Of a stretch of 64,000 nt of DNA, positions 1 to 12,645 are shown piece by piece; position 1 is the stretch's first letter, and the number at the start of each line of letters is the position of its first letter. Made by a program: the position numbers and the translations under genes. This stretch comes from Octopus sinensis (lineage: Eukaryota), in contig NC_043004.1 in the NCBI RefSeq assembly GCF_006345805.1, positions 102,238,001 through 102,302,000 on the forward strand. Direction: 5' to 3'. Under the pieces are notes generated by a model, which did not search any database, had not been told where the DNA came from, and worked only from the letters and a program-made list of their open reading frames with translations.

Positions 1-369
1 AATTAAGTACCAGTTACACAGATGTTGATTTAATGTGTATCAAGAAAAAAGCCACCAGTTTAAATAGACTTCCCTGACGAAAACCATTTATGTATTGTTT
101 TCATACAATCCTAAATTCTTCAAATTCATTTGGCTTACTTATTGTACTTTGAGACAAGTGAGAAGAAACTATTACAAATAAAATGGGATCAACTTCCTTT
201 TGGTTCATGTTCTTTGATTTCCAACTTATTTCTGAAGGGATTTATATCATGCCCACATGTTTATATTTGGGGATATTATATTCACCAAATATATAAAAAT
301 TAGTGAGGCAATTTCTTCTCAGTCCCTCAGCTTGCTAGAAAGAGCCATTACTCGATTCAATGAGACAAG

Positions 370-947
370 TAAAATCAAAACCACAATTAGAATCTCAATG
401 AAGTCAAAATCAAAATGGAAATTGTAGTTGTGGCTGATGTCAGTGCCGCCTGACTGGTGCCTGTGGATGGTGGCACGCAATAAGCACCATCCATGCATGG
501 GTCGATGCCAGTGCTGCCTGACTGGCTCCCCATACCGATGGCACGTAAAAAGCACCATCTGAATGTTGTTGATGCCACCTTCAACTGGCTCCTGTGCCAG
601 TGGCACATAAAAAGTACCATCCGAACTTGGCTGTGCCAGTGGCACATAAAAAGTACCATCCGAACTTGGCTGATACCAGTGCTGCATGACTGGCTCTTGT
701 GCCAGTGGAACATAAAAAGCACCATCTGAACCTGACTGATACCAGTGCTGCATGACTGGCTTCTGTGCCGGTGGGACATAAAAAGAACCCACTACACTCT
801 CAGAGTGGTTGGCATTAAGAAGGACATCCAGTTGTAGAAACCTTTCCAGATCAGATTGGAGCCTGGTGCAGCCTCCTGGTTTGCCAGTCTCCAGTCAAAC
901 TGTCCAACTCATGCCAGCATGGAAAACGGACATTAAACGATGATGAT
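370..947 (+). mobile_element. RTE LINE 3'UTR copy with internal subrepeats
   Basis: ggcacataaaaagtaccatc subrepeats and gagtggttggcattaagaagg...cattaaacgatgatgat tail, same family as 33100-33425. Confidence 0.8.
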
Positions 948-954
948 ATATATA

Positions 955-1250
955 ATGAGGTAGTGAGTTCAGTTCTTGGATCAGGCTCTGTGTTGTGTTC
1001 TTGAGCAAGACACTTTATTTCATGTTGCTCCAGTTCACTCATCTGTAGAAATGAGTTGCAACGTCATTGGTGCCAAGCTGTATCAGCTTTTGCCTTTCCC
1101 TTTGATAACATCGGTGGCATAGAGAGGGAAGGCTGTTATGCATGGGTGACTGCTGGTCTCCTATAAACAAATTTGCCCAGACTTGTACCTTGGAGAGGAA
1201 CTTTCTTGGTGCAATCCCATGGTCATTCATAATCAAAGGGGGTCTTTATC
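955..1250 (+). mobile_element. SINE family C (tgttgtgttcttgagcaagacacttt core); second copy at about 48860-49100 (-)
   Basis: Two mutually similar copies in opposite orientation (ORF track peptides at 851-1236 and 48869-49090 share SELEQHEIKCLAQEHNT and NDxGIAxRK). Confidence 0.7.
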
Positions 1251-1689
1251 CTTTTATATATAACCCATGCTAGCATGGAAAGCGGACGTTAAACGACGAT
1301 GATGATGATGATGATGATGATGATATATATGTGTGTGTGTGTATAATGTGAAGAGCATCTTGTAAACATAAGATTATTCTGAAATGAAACAGAACTAGAT
1401 AATTAAAGTATATTATTCCATTGCTTCTATTCCTTTGAAGTCCACAAATTAAAATCTCGGATAATAATTGAAATTAATTCTATTTTGTTATATGGCAATG
1501 ATTTTGTCTTTGGGAAAGCAGAAGGAAATCAAAACAATATGTATTTGATTTTATGGCAAAGATGAAATTGTGAAAGTTCTCTTATTCAATAAAATTTTTT
1601 TTTTTTTTCCCCCTATTAATAATGCTTAATTGATCGTGGGTTGGGTGCTTCTAATTCTACTAACTACCACCTCCCTGTTTTATTTCTAG

Positions 1690-1838
1690 ACGGAGTCGTT
1701 CGAATGTATGTACCACATGCTTGACTGTCTCCGGTTTTTTAGTCTTGGTAGCTTGTCTTGTTGCCTGTGGAACTCTGCTTTGGATGCATTTTGCACTACG
1801 GAAAAATTTGGACTACTTTCAGAAAAAATTAGAAACAG
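1690..1838 (+). CDS. EFCAB14: EFCAB14-like type II membrane protein, transmembrane exon (first coding exon visible; phase 2 in, phase 1 out)
   Basis: Pyrimidine-rich acceptor ...ctgttttatttctag at 1689 and donor AG|gtaaag at 1839. Encodes RSRSNVCTTCLTVSGFLVLVACLVACGTLLWMHFALRKNLDYFQKKLET, a Cys-flanked TM helix resembling my recollection of vertebrate EFCAB14 (CCKICYPLCGFVILAACVVACVGLVWMQVALKEDLD). The N-terminal exon is outside the window. Confidence 0.8.
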
Positions 1839-2153
1839 GTAAAGTTTGTCTTTTACCAAATCTGCCACCTCAGCAATACACTTTTTTTGTCCTCATTAAC
1901 AGCATGCTTTCTTTCTAACTGCACATTTTGTATGCTTTTACTTGTTTTTCAAACACTCCATTGGGTATTTTTTTGTTTTGTAACTCTTGTTTACTATTGT
2001 TTATCTTAACTATAGCAGTATTTCAGAAGAAAATAAGTGAAGTATGTGATTCAAATATATTTTTGTTGAATTTTCAGAAAGAAAAATGGTGTTAATTTAA
2101 ACTTTTATATTACATTGTATCTCTCTCTCTCTCCATATGTATGTATGTATGTA

Positions 2154-2192
<39 letters not shown>

Positions 2193-2242
2193 GTATGTAT
2201 GTATGTATGTATATATATGTATGTATGTATATGTATGTATGT

Positions 2243-4897
2243 ATCATCATCATCATCATCATCATTTAACGTCCGCTTTCCATGCTAGCATGGGTTGGAC
2301 GGTTCAACTGGGGTCTGGGGAGCCCGAAAGCTGCACCAGTCCAGTCAGATCTGGCAGTGTTTCTACAGCTGGATGCCCTTCCTAACGCCAACCACTCCGA
2401 GAGTGTAGTGGGTGATTTTATGTGCCACCGACACAGGTGCCAGACGAGGCTGACAAAACGGCCACGCTCGGATGGTGTTTTTATGTGCCACCGACACAGG
2501 TGCCAGACGAGGCTGGCAGACGGCCACGCTCGGATGGTGTTTTTTATGTGCCACCGACACAGGTGCCAGACGAGGCTGGCAGACGGCCACGCTCGGATGG
2601 TGTTTTTATGTGCCACTGACACAGGTGCCAGACGAGGCTGGCAGACGGCCACGCTCGGATGGTGTTTTTATGTGCCACCGACACAGGTGCCAGATGAGGC
2701 TGGCAAACGGCCACGATCGGATGGTGCTTGTTACGTGCCCACAGCACGGAGGCCAGTCGATGCGGTACTGGCTACGGCCACGTTCGGATGGTTTTCTTAT
2801 GTGGCACGTGCCACCGGCACTGGTACCACAAAGATACAAATTCCATTGATGTTCATCTATTTTGATTTGTTTTGATTTGATTTGATTTTATTTGATTTTC
2901 ACTTGCCTCAACAGGTCTTCACAAGTGTCACAAGAAGGAAGGTATGCACAGGTGGACTGACTACGTCCCAGGTAGGGGCCATGGGTTATGGCCTGACTAG
3001 TCTTGCCGGGTCTTCGGATGGTGTTTTTATGTGCCACCGACACAGGTGCTAGATGAGGCTGGCGAACGGCCACGATCGGATGGTGTTTGTCATGTGCCCA
3101 CCGCACTGACTACGGCACTGATGGATTTCTTGTGTGCCACAGGCACTGGTACCACAAGATACAAATTCCATTGATGTTCATCTATTTTGTCTATTTTGAT
3201 TTGATTTGATTTGATTTTCACTTGCCTCAACCGGTCTTCACAAGTGTCACAAGAAGGAAGGAAGGTATGCACAGGTGGACTGACTAGTCTTGCCGGGTCT
3301 TCGGAAGGTGTTTTTATGTGCCACCGACACAGGTGCCAGATGAGGCTGGCGAACGGCCATGATCGGATGGTGTTTGTTACGTGCCCACAGCACGGAGGCC
3401 GGTCGATGCGGAACTGGCTATGGCCACGTTCGGATGGTTCTCATGTGTGCCACCGGCACTGGTACCACAAAGTGTGTGCCACCGGCACTGGTACCACAAA
3501 GATACAGATTCCATTGATGTTCATCTATTTTGATTTGTTTTGATTTGATTTTCACTTGCCTCAACAGGTCTTCACAAGTGTCACAAGAAGGAAGGTATGC
3601 ACAGGTGGACTGACTACGTCCCAGGTAGGGGCCATGGGTTATGGCCTGACTAGTCTTGCCGGGTCTTCGGATGGTGTTTTTATGTGCCACCGACACAGGT
3701 GCTAGATGAGGCTGGCGAACGGCCCGATCGGATGGTGTTTGTCATGTGCCCACAGAACGGAGGCCAGTCGATGCGGTACTGGCTACGGCCACTTTCGGAT
3801 GGTTTTCTCTTGTGTGCCACCGGCACTGGTACCACAAAGATACAAATTCCATTGATGTTCATCTATTTTGATTTGTTTTGATTTGATTTTGATTTTCACT
3901 TGCCTCAACAGGCCTTTGATTTTCACTTGCCTCAACAGGCCTTCACAAGTATCACAAGGAGGAAGGTATGCACAGGTGGACTGACTACGTCCCAGGTAGG
4001 GGCCATGGTTTATGGCCTGACTAGTCTTGCCGGGTCTTCGGAAGGTGTTTTTATGTGCCACCGACACAGGTGCTAGATGAGGCTGGCGAACGGCCACGAC
4101 CGGATGGTGTTTGTTATGTGCCCACAGCACGATGGCCAGTGATGCGGTACTGACTACGGTCATGTTCGGATGGATTCTTGTGTGCCACCGGCACTGGTAC
4201 CACAAGCGGTACTGACTACTTTTTATGTGCCACCGACACAGGTGCTAGATGAGGCTGGCGAACGGCCACGACCGGATGGTGTTTGTTATGTGCCCACAGC
4301 ACGATGGCCAGTGATGCGGTACTGACTACGGCCACGTTCGGATGGATTCTTGTGTGCCACCGGCACTGGTACCACAAGCGGTACTGACTACGGCCACGTT
4401 CGGATGGATTCTTGTGTGCCACCGGCACTGGTACCACAAGCGGTACTGACTACGGCCACGTTCGGATGGATTCTTGTGTGCCACTGGCACTGGTACCACA
4501 AGGATACAAATTCCATTGATGTTCATCTATTTTGATTTGTTTTGATTTGATTTGATTTTCACTTGCCTCAGCAGGTCTTCACAAGTCGGAAGGTATGTAC
4601 AGGTGGACTGACTACGTCCCAGGTAGGGCCCAAGGGTTATAACCTGACTAGTCTTGCCGGGTCTTCGGATGGTGTTTTTATGTGCCACCATGCTCCCACA
4701 GCACGGAGGCCAGTCGATGCGGTACTGGCTACGGCCACGTTCGGATGGTTTTCTTGTGTGCCACAGGCACTGGTACCACAAAGATACAAATTCCATTGAT
4801 GTTCATCTATTTTGATTGATTTTCACTTGCCTCAGCAGGTCTTCACAAGTGACACAAGAAGGAAGGTATGCACAGGTGGATCGACTACGTCCCAGGT
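2243..4897 (-). repeat. Higher-order tandem array built from an RTE ORF end and 3'UTR
   Basis: (CAT)n tail at the left end, five 61-63 bp units (2421-2730), and six copies of a module marked by gatacaaattccattgatgttcatctatttt. The reverse complement matches the RTE at 32790-33420 (gaagacccggca...cttgtgaagacctgttgaggcaagtg). Confidence 0.9.
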
Positions 4898-6970
4898 TAT
4901 TTTTTTTTTTTTTCATTTCTCCACTCAAATTGCTCCACATTGCTCTTGAACTTAAATCACTTCATCAGTAGTAATTTTGAACCTAAACAACTGTATATTT
5001 TCTTCCCCTCTGAAAGAGAACAAATGTATGAAACAAGGAAATAACATTTTCAGAGCACAACTTTTATTATTTACACTATCCAATGTATAATTTCTTTGTA
5101 AGATGGCAGGGTGTGATTTTTGAGAAGTAATTGGCTACTATTTTTCACAAGACGACATAGAAACCTTTTGACTTGTAATTTCAAGATATGTTCACTATTG
5201 TGATGAGTTGTCTTTTTTTCTTTTATTATTTAATCATTTCTGTTCATTAATGCAATTTTAGAGTTTTTTTTTGTCATAGCTTTCCTTTTACTGTACTTAC
5301 CTGAGTTAATCAGGTATGCAGTACTGGAAGTATTACCTTACTGCTCTTAGAACTAGTCATTGTACCTTGATGTGAGGTCAGTCTTTGTTGATTAGTAATA
5401 GAACCTTCGTTAACCTGTTACCTAGTTTTACCATTAATACCAGGCACTTTGTTGCTTTAGTGGACCCCATTCAGTCGCAAACATTCAGGCCAAGTCTCTG
5501 GTTCAAGAATTCCTTTCTCTTTCCTTCCCTCTAATCTTGGAAGCCCTGTAAAGAAAGAATCATGGACTCTACCTTTCCTCCTGAGTAAAAAGGTAAAAAC
5601 AAAAAAAAAAGTTTGTTCACCTCATTTTTTTTCTCCACTTCTATTGTGGTGGTGGTGGTGGTGGTACTAACCTTTGACTTTGCTACTTGAGAATCTGTTC
5701 TCTGAAAGTGGAATTGCAAGTCTATCTTGCTACAATGTGAACTTAGTTTCCTGAATTTCAAATATTCTGCTATTTTAATACTGGAGGCATCTCGAAGTTT
5801 AGCTCTATTGCCATCATACCATTATTGAGATAGTTGAGAGCAAGACTGGACATGCAATGTTCTGCAGCTGGCTTATTGTATTCACTTCAAGTCTTTGGAA
5901 TTGATTTGTCATTTCATGTCATTATTATACAGAACTTCTAAATTCAACTGAACATGTTCTCACTACAAAGTTAGGAACATGTTCTCACACAAAAATGACA
6001 GAAATTTATGGTTATTACTTCTTTAAATACTTTTTAAAGCAATACTTTGTGCAGTGACCGTGTCTTTTTAGCAAACTCGTGCTCATCCTTAAGATAATGA
6101 CTCACACTGGTTCAAATAAAAAAGGATTAAGCAAGATGGACACAGGGATAGCTATGTGGTTAAGAAATTTGTTGCACACCAAATGGTTCTCAGTTCATTC
6201 CCAATGTCTTCTACTATAGCCTTGAGTTACTCAATTCCTTGTGAGTGAAATTTGGTTATCAGAAACTGTGGGAGCCCTCTGTGTATGTGTGTATATGAAT
6301 GTATGTATGTGTATGTCTTTCACTGAAAGATATAAACATTAGCTTGAAAGCTGATAAATCAGTGCTTTCGAATAAAAGTTGCGTAGATGCTTGAAATATT
6401 ACTTCCACCATAATAAATCTAGTGAATCTACGATTAACCTAAACAAAATTGGTGACTAAAGATACTATTGTTCATAAAAAATGTGATACAGAAAAAAGTA
6501 AAAAAAACGTTTATTTATTAAAAGTTATTTCTTTCTGTCCATTTTTATATAAGTCAGTATATACTAGACAGTTCAACAAACGTAAATATTTGCATTAAAT
6601 GTATTTACAAAAGACTGTTTGTTTTGCCTACTTGCTAGTTTAGTTGCTTGAAAATATCCTTCACCCATTCTTGTCTGGAATGAGTGGAGCAAACAGGTTG
6701 ACTGAAAACACATTACAAAGACAAAGCTTTTAGATGTTGATCTTTGCATTGTGTGTCCAGCATATTTGAGTTATGTTCTTTCTTATGGACACTAAAGAAC
6801 TGTAAACTTCTTACCTTATCTGTAATAATGGCTTTTTACATAGGTACATGGTCACACATTTGGGAGAAGGAGTGTGATTGCAAATGATTATATTGACCCC
6901 CAGTTCTTGTATATTGTTTTATTAATCCTGGAAGGTTGAAACACAGAGTCAGTTTTGGCAGAATTTAAAA

Positions 6971-7191
6971 CCCTTTCATTACTATATTTATTTTGAGATG
7001 CTCTGTGTTTCTTTCAATTATTTTAAATATAACAAAGAATTTAGTAAAATAACTTACTTATCATTAAGCTAGTGTTAGGAACATAAATTGCAACTAAGGT
7101 TTGGTGGAAGATTTTAATGAAAAACTTATGAAAACAAGACGTTAATACTACAGAGCCAGAGCCGGTTTTGGCCGGGTTGGTAACGAAAGGG
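6971..7191. mobile_element. piggyBac-type MITE family 1
   Basis: CCCTTTC.TTAC...GTAACGAAAGGG termini with TTAA at the right end. Confidence 0.8.
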
Positions 7192-7892
7192 TTAAACTTA
7201 GAATATAAAGAAAATACCTTGCAGCTATTTGTTGCCAGGCATTTTGCTTGATGCTCTGCCCATCTAGCAGTTGTGAAACTGGCTTCCATCAGGAAGTTAA
7301 TAGACAATAGTCAACTTTATCTTCACTTCTTCTTCTTCACAGTAAACACTGTTTCTTCTCTTCACTTGAAATCAATATAATGCGAACAAGTTTCTCATGG
7401 AAATTACTTATTGGAAGTTAGCATTCTGATTTTCAATGCGGTGAGCTATTAGTTATAATTAAGTTACCTCAACCACCTTACACTTGAATAACCCGTCCAC
7501 TTCTGTTATTCGATTATTCTTTTGTGTTTTTGCTCATTACATTACCAGTGTTTTGTTTTCACTTTTGTTTTCCTATAAATACAGATTCTGTTTTGATTTT
7601 TTTTTTTTTTTATCATGCCTTTCCTTTAATAGTATAACGTGGCACAAGCACTGTATTGTATGAAGACGGTCACCAAAATAGGAAGATTAGTAATGGCCTA
7701 TGTTAGCTTGAATAAAAGTGGTGGGAGAGGACACTCCTTGAAATGGCGCATGAGTACTGCATACTGCAGTATATGTAACCTCTAACTATTTCCCCATTTG
7801 TACATGGCAGTGAGGTTTATTGCTGGTTTCAGATGTTTACACCAAAATATCTAATTGTATGTATGTTACTATAAATGAACACAAACAGATTT

Positions 7893-8306
7893 GATCTTTA
7901 CTCTTTACTCTTTTACTTGTTTCAGTCATTTGACTGCGGCCATGCTGGAGCACCACCTTTAATCGAGCAAATCGACCCCGGGACTTATTCTTTTGTAAGC
8001 CCAGTACTTATTCTATCGGTCTCTTTTGCTGAACCGCTAAGTAACGGGGACATAAACACACCAGCATTGGTTGTCAAGCAATGCTAGGGGGACAAACACA
8101 GACACACAACCACACACATGCACATATATATATATATACATATATACGACGGGCTTCTTTTCAGTTTCCGTCTACCAAATTCACTCACAAGGCTTTGGTC
8201 GGCCTGAGGCTATAGTAGAAGACACTTGCCCAAGGTGCCACGCAGTGGGACTGAACCCAGAACCATGTGGTTGGTTAGCAAGCTATTTACCACACAGTCA
8301 CTCTGG
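7893..8306 (-). mobile_element. tRNA-derived SINE family A (CORE-like ttgggcaagtgtctt domain, internal microsatellite)
   Basis: Head ggagtggctgtgtggtaag (A box) and ggttcagtccc (B box); tail gtcaaatgactgaaacaagtaaaagag. More than 15 copies occur in the window. Confidence 0.85.
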
Positions 8307-8714
8307 TAAGCTTCAGCTAACTCTGCTCTCTATTATTGATGCCATAACCATCTGGTTACCATTTCTGATGGCATATAAGATGCACTATTGCTTTTTAAAT
8401 GTCTCAAAGCATAGCCGTCGGTCTTATATGTGAAGTTGCTTTAAAATGGTGATCAGATGTTCATGTTTGGCTTTAAATTACACCTCAGTTATTTTACACT
8501 TGTACATCTCAAGTGCACATGTACAGTACTTGATGGAACTTGATCTGTACAATTATAATATAACTGAGATGTAATTTAAAACCAAACTTGAACATCTGAT
8601 CACCTTTCCAGTTATCATAATCTTGTCATTAATCTTGTTAAGATGCATTAATGCAGCTCTGAGATTTAGGATTTTAAATGTATGACCCCATTTAAATACA
8701 AGTAGGGTATTTAA

Positions 8715-8929
8715 CCCTTTCGTTACTGTATTTATTTTGAGATGTTCTGTGTTTCTTCCAATTAATTTTAAATATAACAAAGAATTTAGTAAAATAACAT
8801 CGTTATCATTGAGCTAGTATTAGGAACATAAATTGTGACTAAGGTTTGGTGGAAGATTCTAATTCAAAACTTATGAAAACAAGACATTTATACTAAAGAG
8901 CCGGTTTCAGCTGGTTTAGTAACGAAAGG
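8715..8929. mobile_element. piggyBac-type MITE family 1
   Basis: ttaa|cccttt.cgttac left end; right end degenerate. Confidence 0.75.
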
Positions 8930-9415
8930 TAGGTTTGGCAACTAAATTCAAGCAACATGTTAAGCAACTATCCAGAAGCTTCTCTGTAAGCTGTGTCAAA
9001 TGTGTATATAACTGTGAAGATACAAAGTGCATCTATCATTTATTAATCTCAGAATGAGCAAATGTTACTTGAGCATGTAGCAGAATCTCAGTCTCTTTTA
9101 CACCCCTCACTTTTGGAAATGTTATTCTTCATCATCATCATTAGATTGGTGAAGTAACCAAAAGAGCGTCAAAGAAACACCTCTTAGTCTTTAGTCACCT
9201 GACTCGATATTTTGACATCCAAACTCTGCCAAAGGCTTTGTTGTCTGTCACTCTTTCAAGTTGATAAATGTATCAGATAATTCCAAGTATTAGTATAACA
9301 TTTTAAATTAACTACATCTTGCCTTTGAAATTTATAGTCACATACCAAAGTGAGAAACATATATTTAACATTTGTTTAATTATTCCGTCCTGGCACAGAG
9401 GTAGGTGTGTGTGTG

Positions 9416-9451
<36 letters not shown>

Positions 9452-9453
<2 letters not shown>

Positions 9454-9622
9454 GGAGTAAACACATAAATGTGAAACAAGGTGGAAAAAAGAGTACTCAA
9501 ATACCAGTGGTAGAGTAGTATGCTTTATTTAAAGCAGCAGAAAATTCAACAAAACCTGTTACTCTGAGTTTCCCGTTGCCGTTCATCGGACAGTTTTTGC
9601 TAGAATGGAACCGATATGTCAA
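9452..9622 (-). mobile_element. Putative Penelope-like LTR fragment carrying a hammerhead, embedded in (TA)n
   Basis: About 170 bp of complex sequence between two (TA)n tracts. The hammerhead is followed on the minus strand by AATAAA (9529-9524). Confidence 0.5.
9550..9599 (-). ncRNA. Penelope-type minimal (type I) hammerhead ribozyme motif, variant or decayed
   Basis: Minus strand CAAAAACTGT-CCGATGA-ACG GCAA CGG-GAAA-CTC A GAG TA^ACAGGTTTTG: stem I CTGT/ACAG extends to CAAAA/TTTTG, stem III is the palindrome ACTCAGAGT, and the cleavage triplet is GUA. The core has U4C and stem II has one mismatch. Confidence 0.6.
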
Positions 9623-9634
9623 TATATATATAAA

Positions 9635-9666
<32 letters not shown>

Positions 9667-10097
9667 TTGTGTGATTTTAACATTTTTAGCATGGGTTAGA
9701 TAATTGTATTATTGAGGCATTGTTTTTCAGTAGGATGCAATTTTCTATCGCTAATCCTACTTGTTTTCAAATAATGGATATTTTATTCCCCATGGCTTCG
9801 GAAGCAAGAAGCAAGTTGATGATGATGTTGACCGAAAAACCTAACGCTACAACCCATCATAAACTTTACAAGCAATTGCTAATATATGCAAATGTACATG
9901 TGTATATACACACAGGCATGCATGAGGCATAAACAAACAAATAAACAAATCACTTTTTGAGCTTCCATTTACCACATGCACACTCAAGGCTTTAGTTAGC
10001 TCAAGGCTTCAAAAAACATTTGCCTTTGGTATTGCACATGGGGACTGAACCCCGGACCATTTGGTTTGGAAACAAGCTCCTTAACCACATAGCCATA

Positions 10098-10477
10098 CTT
10101 ACTTTACTTTTACTTGTTTCAGTCATTTGACTGCGGCCATGCTGGAGCACCACCTTTAGTCGAGCAAATCGACCCCGAGACTTATTCTTTGTAAGCCCAG
10201 TACTTATTCTATCGGTCTCTTTTGCCGAACTGCTAAGTGACGGGGACATAAACACACCAGTATCGGTTATCAAGCAATGCTAGGGGGACAAACACACACA
10301 CATATACATATATACGACAGGCTTCTTTCAGTTTCCATCTACCTAATCCACTCACAAGGCATTGGTCGGCCTGGGGCTATAGCAGAAGACACTTGCCCAA
10401 GATGCCACGCAGTGGGACTGAATCCGGAACCATGTGGTTGGTTAGCAAGCTACTTACCACACAGCCACTCCTGCGCC
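10098..10477 (-). mobile_element. SINE family A
   Basis: Full-length match to the 7893-8306 family. Confidence 0.85.
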
Positions 10478-11057
10478 TATCATTCATTTAAATAGTATTG
10501 AGGCCAGTCTTTTGAGAGGGAAAAAAAATAATATAAAATGCAACTAGCTAGCAATCTTTCTTAAAATATGAGATGCAATATTAGTTGCTGATAAATTCTT
10601 GAAATAACTCTTGCACAAGCTGTATGCTATTAACATAAATAAGTTACGTTGCAGGATAAACTTATAAAAAGTACCATATTGGTATGATATTCTTTGAACT
10701 TTTATTTAACCTTTTCACTGTGAAATTACATTTCAAGGTTATTCCAGTAATGATGTTAAATATCTACCAAAAAAAGTAGAACTGGTATTTTCTGCAAGTC
10801 ATTTAACTAGTCTCAACAGAAAGTAGTTTCAAACGTGACATTCCTCAACAAAAGATACATTTCAGTGGCAGTTAAGGGTAATGAAATTTTGAGTAGATAT
10901 ATAGGGTGACCCAAAAGTAGGTTTACAGTTACCACACAGGCACTTTAAATTCCTTTTAAAACATTTTATTACATTTAAATTTCTATCTTACAATTAACAA
11001 AATTAGCATAGAATAATGGTTTCATATTTTTTTATAATTAAGATCTAAGCTGTTAAT

Positions 11058-11420
11058 ATCATCATCATCATCATTTAGCGTCCGCTTTCCATGCTAGCAT
11101 GGGTTGGACAGTTCAACTGGGGTCTGTGAAGCCAGAAGGCTGCATCAGGCCCAGTCTGATCTGGCAGTGTTTCTACGGCTGGATGCCCTTCCTAACGCCA
11201 ACCACTCCGTGAGTGTAGTGGGTGCTTTTTACGTGCCACCCGCACAGGTGCCAGACGGAGCTGGCAAACGGCCAAGAACAGATGGTGCTTTTACGTGCCA
11301 CCGGCACGGGGGCTAGGCGAGGCTGGCAATGGCCACGAACGGATGGTGCTACGTGTAACTGGCACGGGGGCCAAGCGAGGCTGGCAATGGACACGAACAG
11401 ATGGCACGGAGGCCAAAAGA
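11058..11420 (-). mobile_element. RTE LINE 3'UTR copy
   Basis: (CAT)n ttagcgtccgctttccatgctagc...gatgcccttcctaacgccaaccactcc. Confidence 0.85.
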
Positions 11421-11816
11421 GATAGTTGAATAATTGTAAACCTACTTTAGGGCCACCTTGTATATGATTTCGATAATAAAAGGGTGAAATGTGTGCCAGT
11501 CAGCTTGGTTTTCAGCTGTCACTTTACAGGTAACATTTTAACAATAGTTATTTTCAAATAACAATAGTTGTATAGGTCACTTTAGACAGAGAAAGAATAC
11601 CCCACTGCTCCTACTTCATAGTTTTATTTCTCTCTTTCTTTTTCGCATTCCTCCTTTGGGACACAGCCAAGAACAATATAATGACAGGCATTCCGACCAG
11701 TTTTTCAGATTGAACAATTATTTCATTTCCATTAATCAGATCTTCAGTTTAACAGGTACATGTCACTGGAGTGGAAGGAAACAAATTTATAGTTCATACA
11801 CACACACTCACACTCA

Positions 11817-11853
<37 letters not shown>

Positions 11854-12274
11854 GTGTATGTAGAAAAAGGTGAAATGAATGTTTAAACATCTGGTATGAG
11901 ATTTGTTTTAATATTTACATCTACATTATATTTTGATCAACTTGATCTCTCCATCACTACCTACATGAATATTTCATCAACTTTTCCCCTGATACCAGGG
12001 TGGATTCAAATGTGCGTATGTGTGTGTGTGGTTGCCCATACATACAGGCTCATTCCTTGCAACCTGCTCCAGCTGAGTGTCCCTAATTTTGCGGGCTCAT
12101 AGGTGTTGGTGCCATGAAAAAAGCACCTGTGCCACTGCTGCATAAAAGCACCCAATACACTCTGTAAAGTGGTTGGCATTAGTCATGTTCTCACAGAATA
12201 TTAGGAATGAACAACACTGCTTGTATGACACTGACAAGCATTTACAACTTTTTTGCAATGTCAAGAAAAATAAA

Positions 12275-12645
12275 CAGAGTGGTTGTGTGGTAAGTAGCTT
12301 GCTTACCAACCACATGGTTCTGGGTTCAGTCCTACTGTGTGGCATCTTGGGCAAGTGTCTTCTACTATAGCCTCAAGCTGATCAAAGCTTTGTGAGTGGA
12401 TTTAGTAGATGGAAACTGAAGGAAGCCTGTTTGTGTGTGTGTGTGTGTCTGTTTGTCCCCGCACCATCACCTAACATCCAATACTGGTGCGTTTACGTCC
12501 CTATAACTTTCCAGTTCGGCAAAAAAAAGACCGATTGAATAAATACTAGGCATACAAAGAATAAGTCCTGGGATCAATTTGTTCAACTAAAGGTGGTGCT
12601 CCAGCATGGCCACAGTCAAATGACTGAAACAAGTAAAATAATAAA
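12275..12645 (+). mobile_element. SINE family A (diverged)
   Basis: gagtggttgtgtggtaagtagc...gtcaaatgactgaaacaagtaaaa. Confidence 0.8.

Noticed and set aside
319-792. 157-aa ORF with repeated QSGSDGAFYVP motifs
   Set aside because: Antisense reading of RTE 3'UTR subrepeats; the same peptide recurs wherever the repeat occurs.
2266-4799. CRISPR-like regularly spaced repeats and many overlapping ORFs
   Set aside because: No unique spacers, no cas genes, and a eukaryotic context. The units are tandem RTE 3'UTR pieces and the ORFs are repeat artefacts.
7875-8433. Recurring peptides such as QSFDCGHAG... and HSQGFGRPEA... in many short ORFs
   Set aside because: Translations of SINE family A; non-coding.
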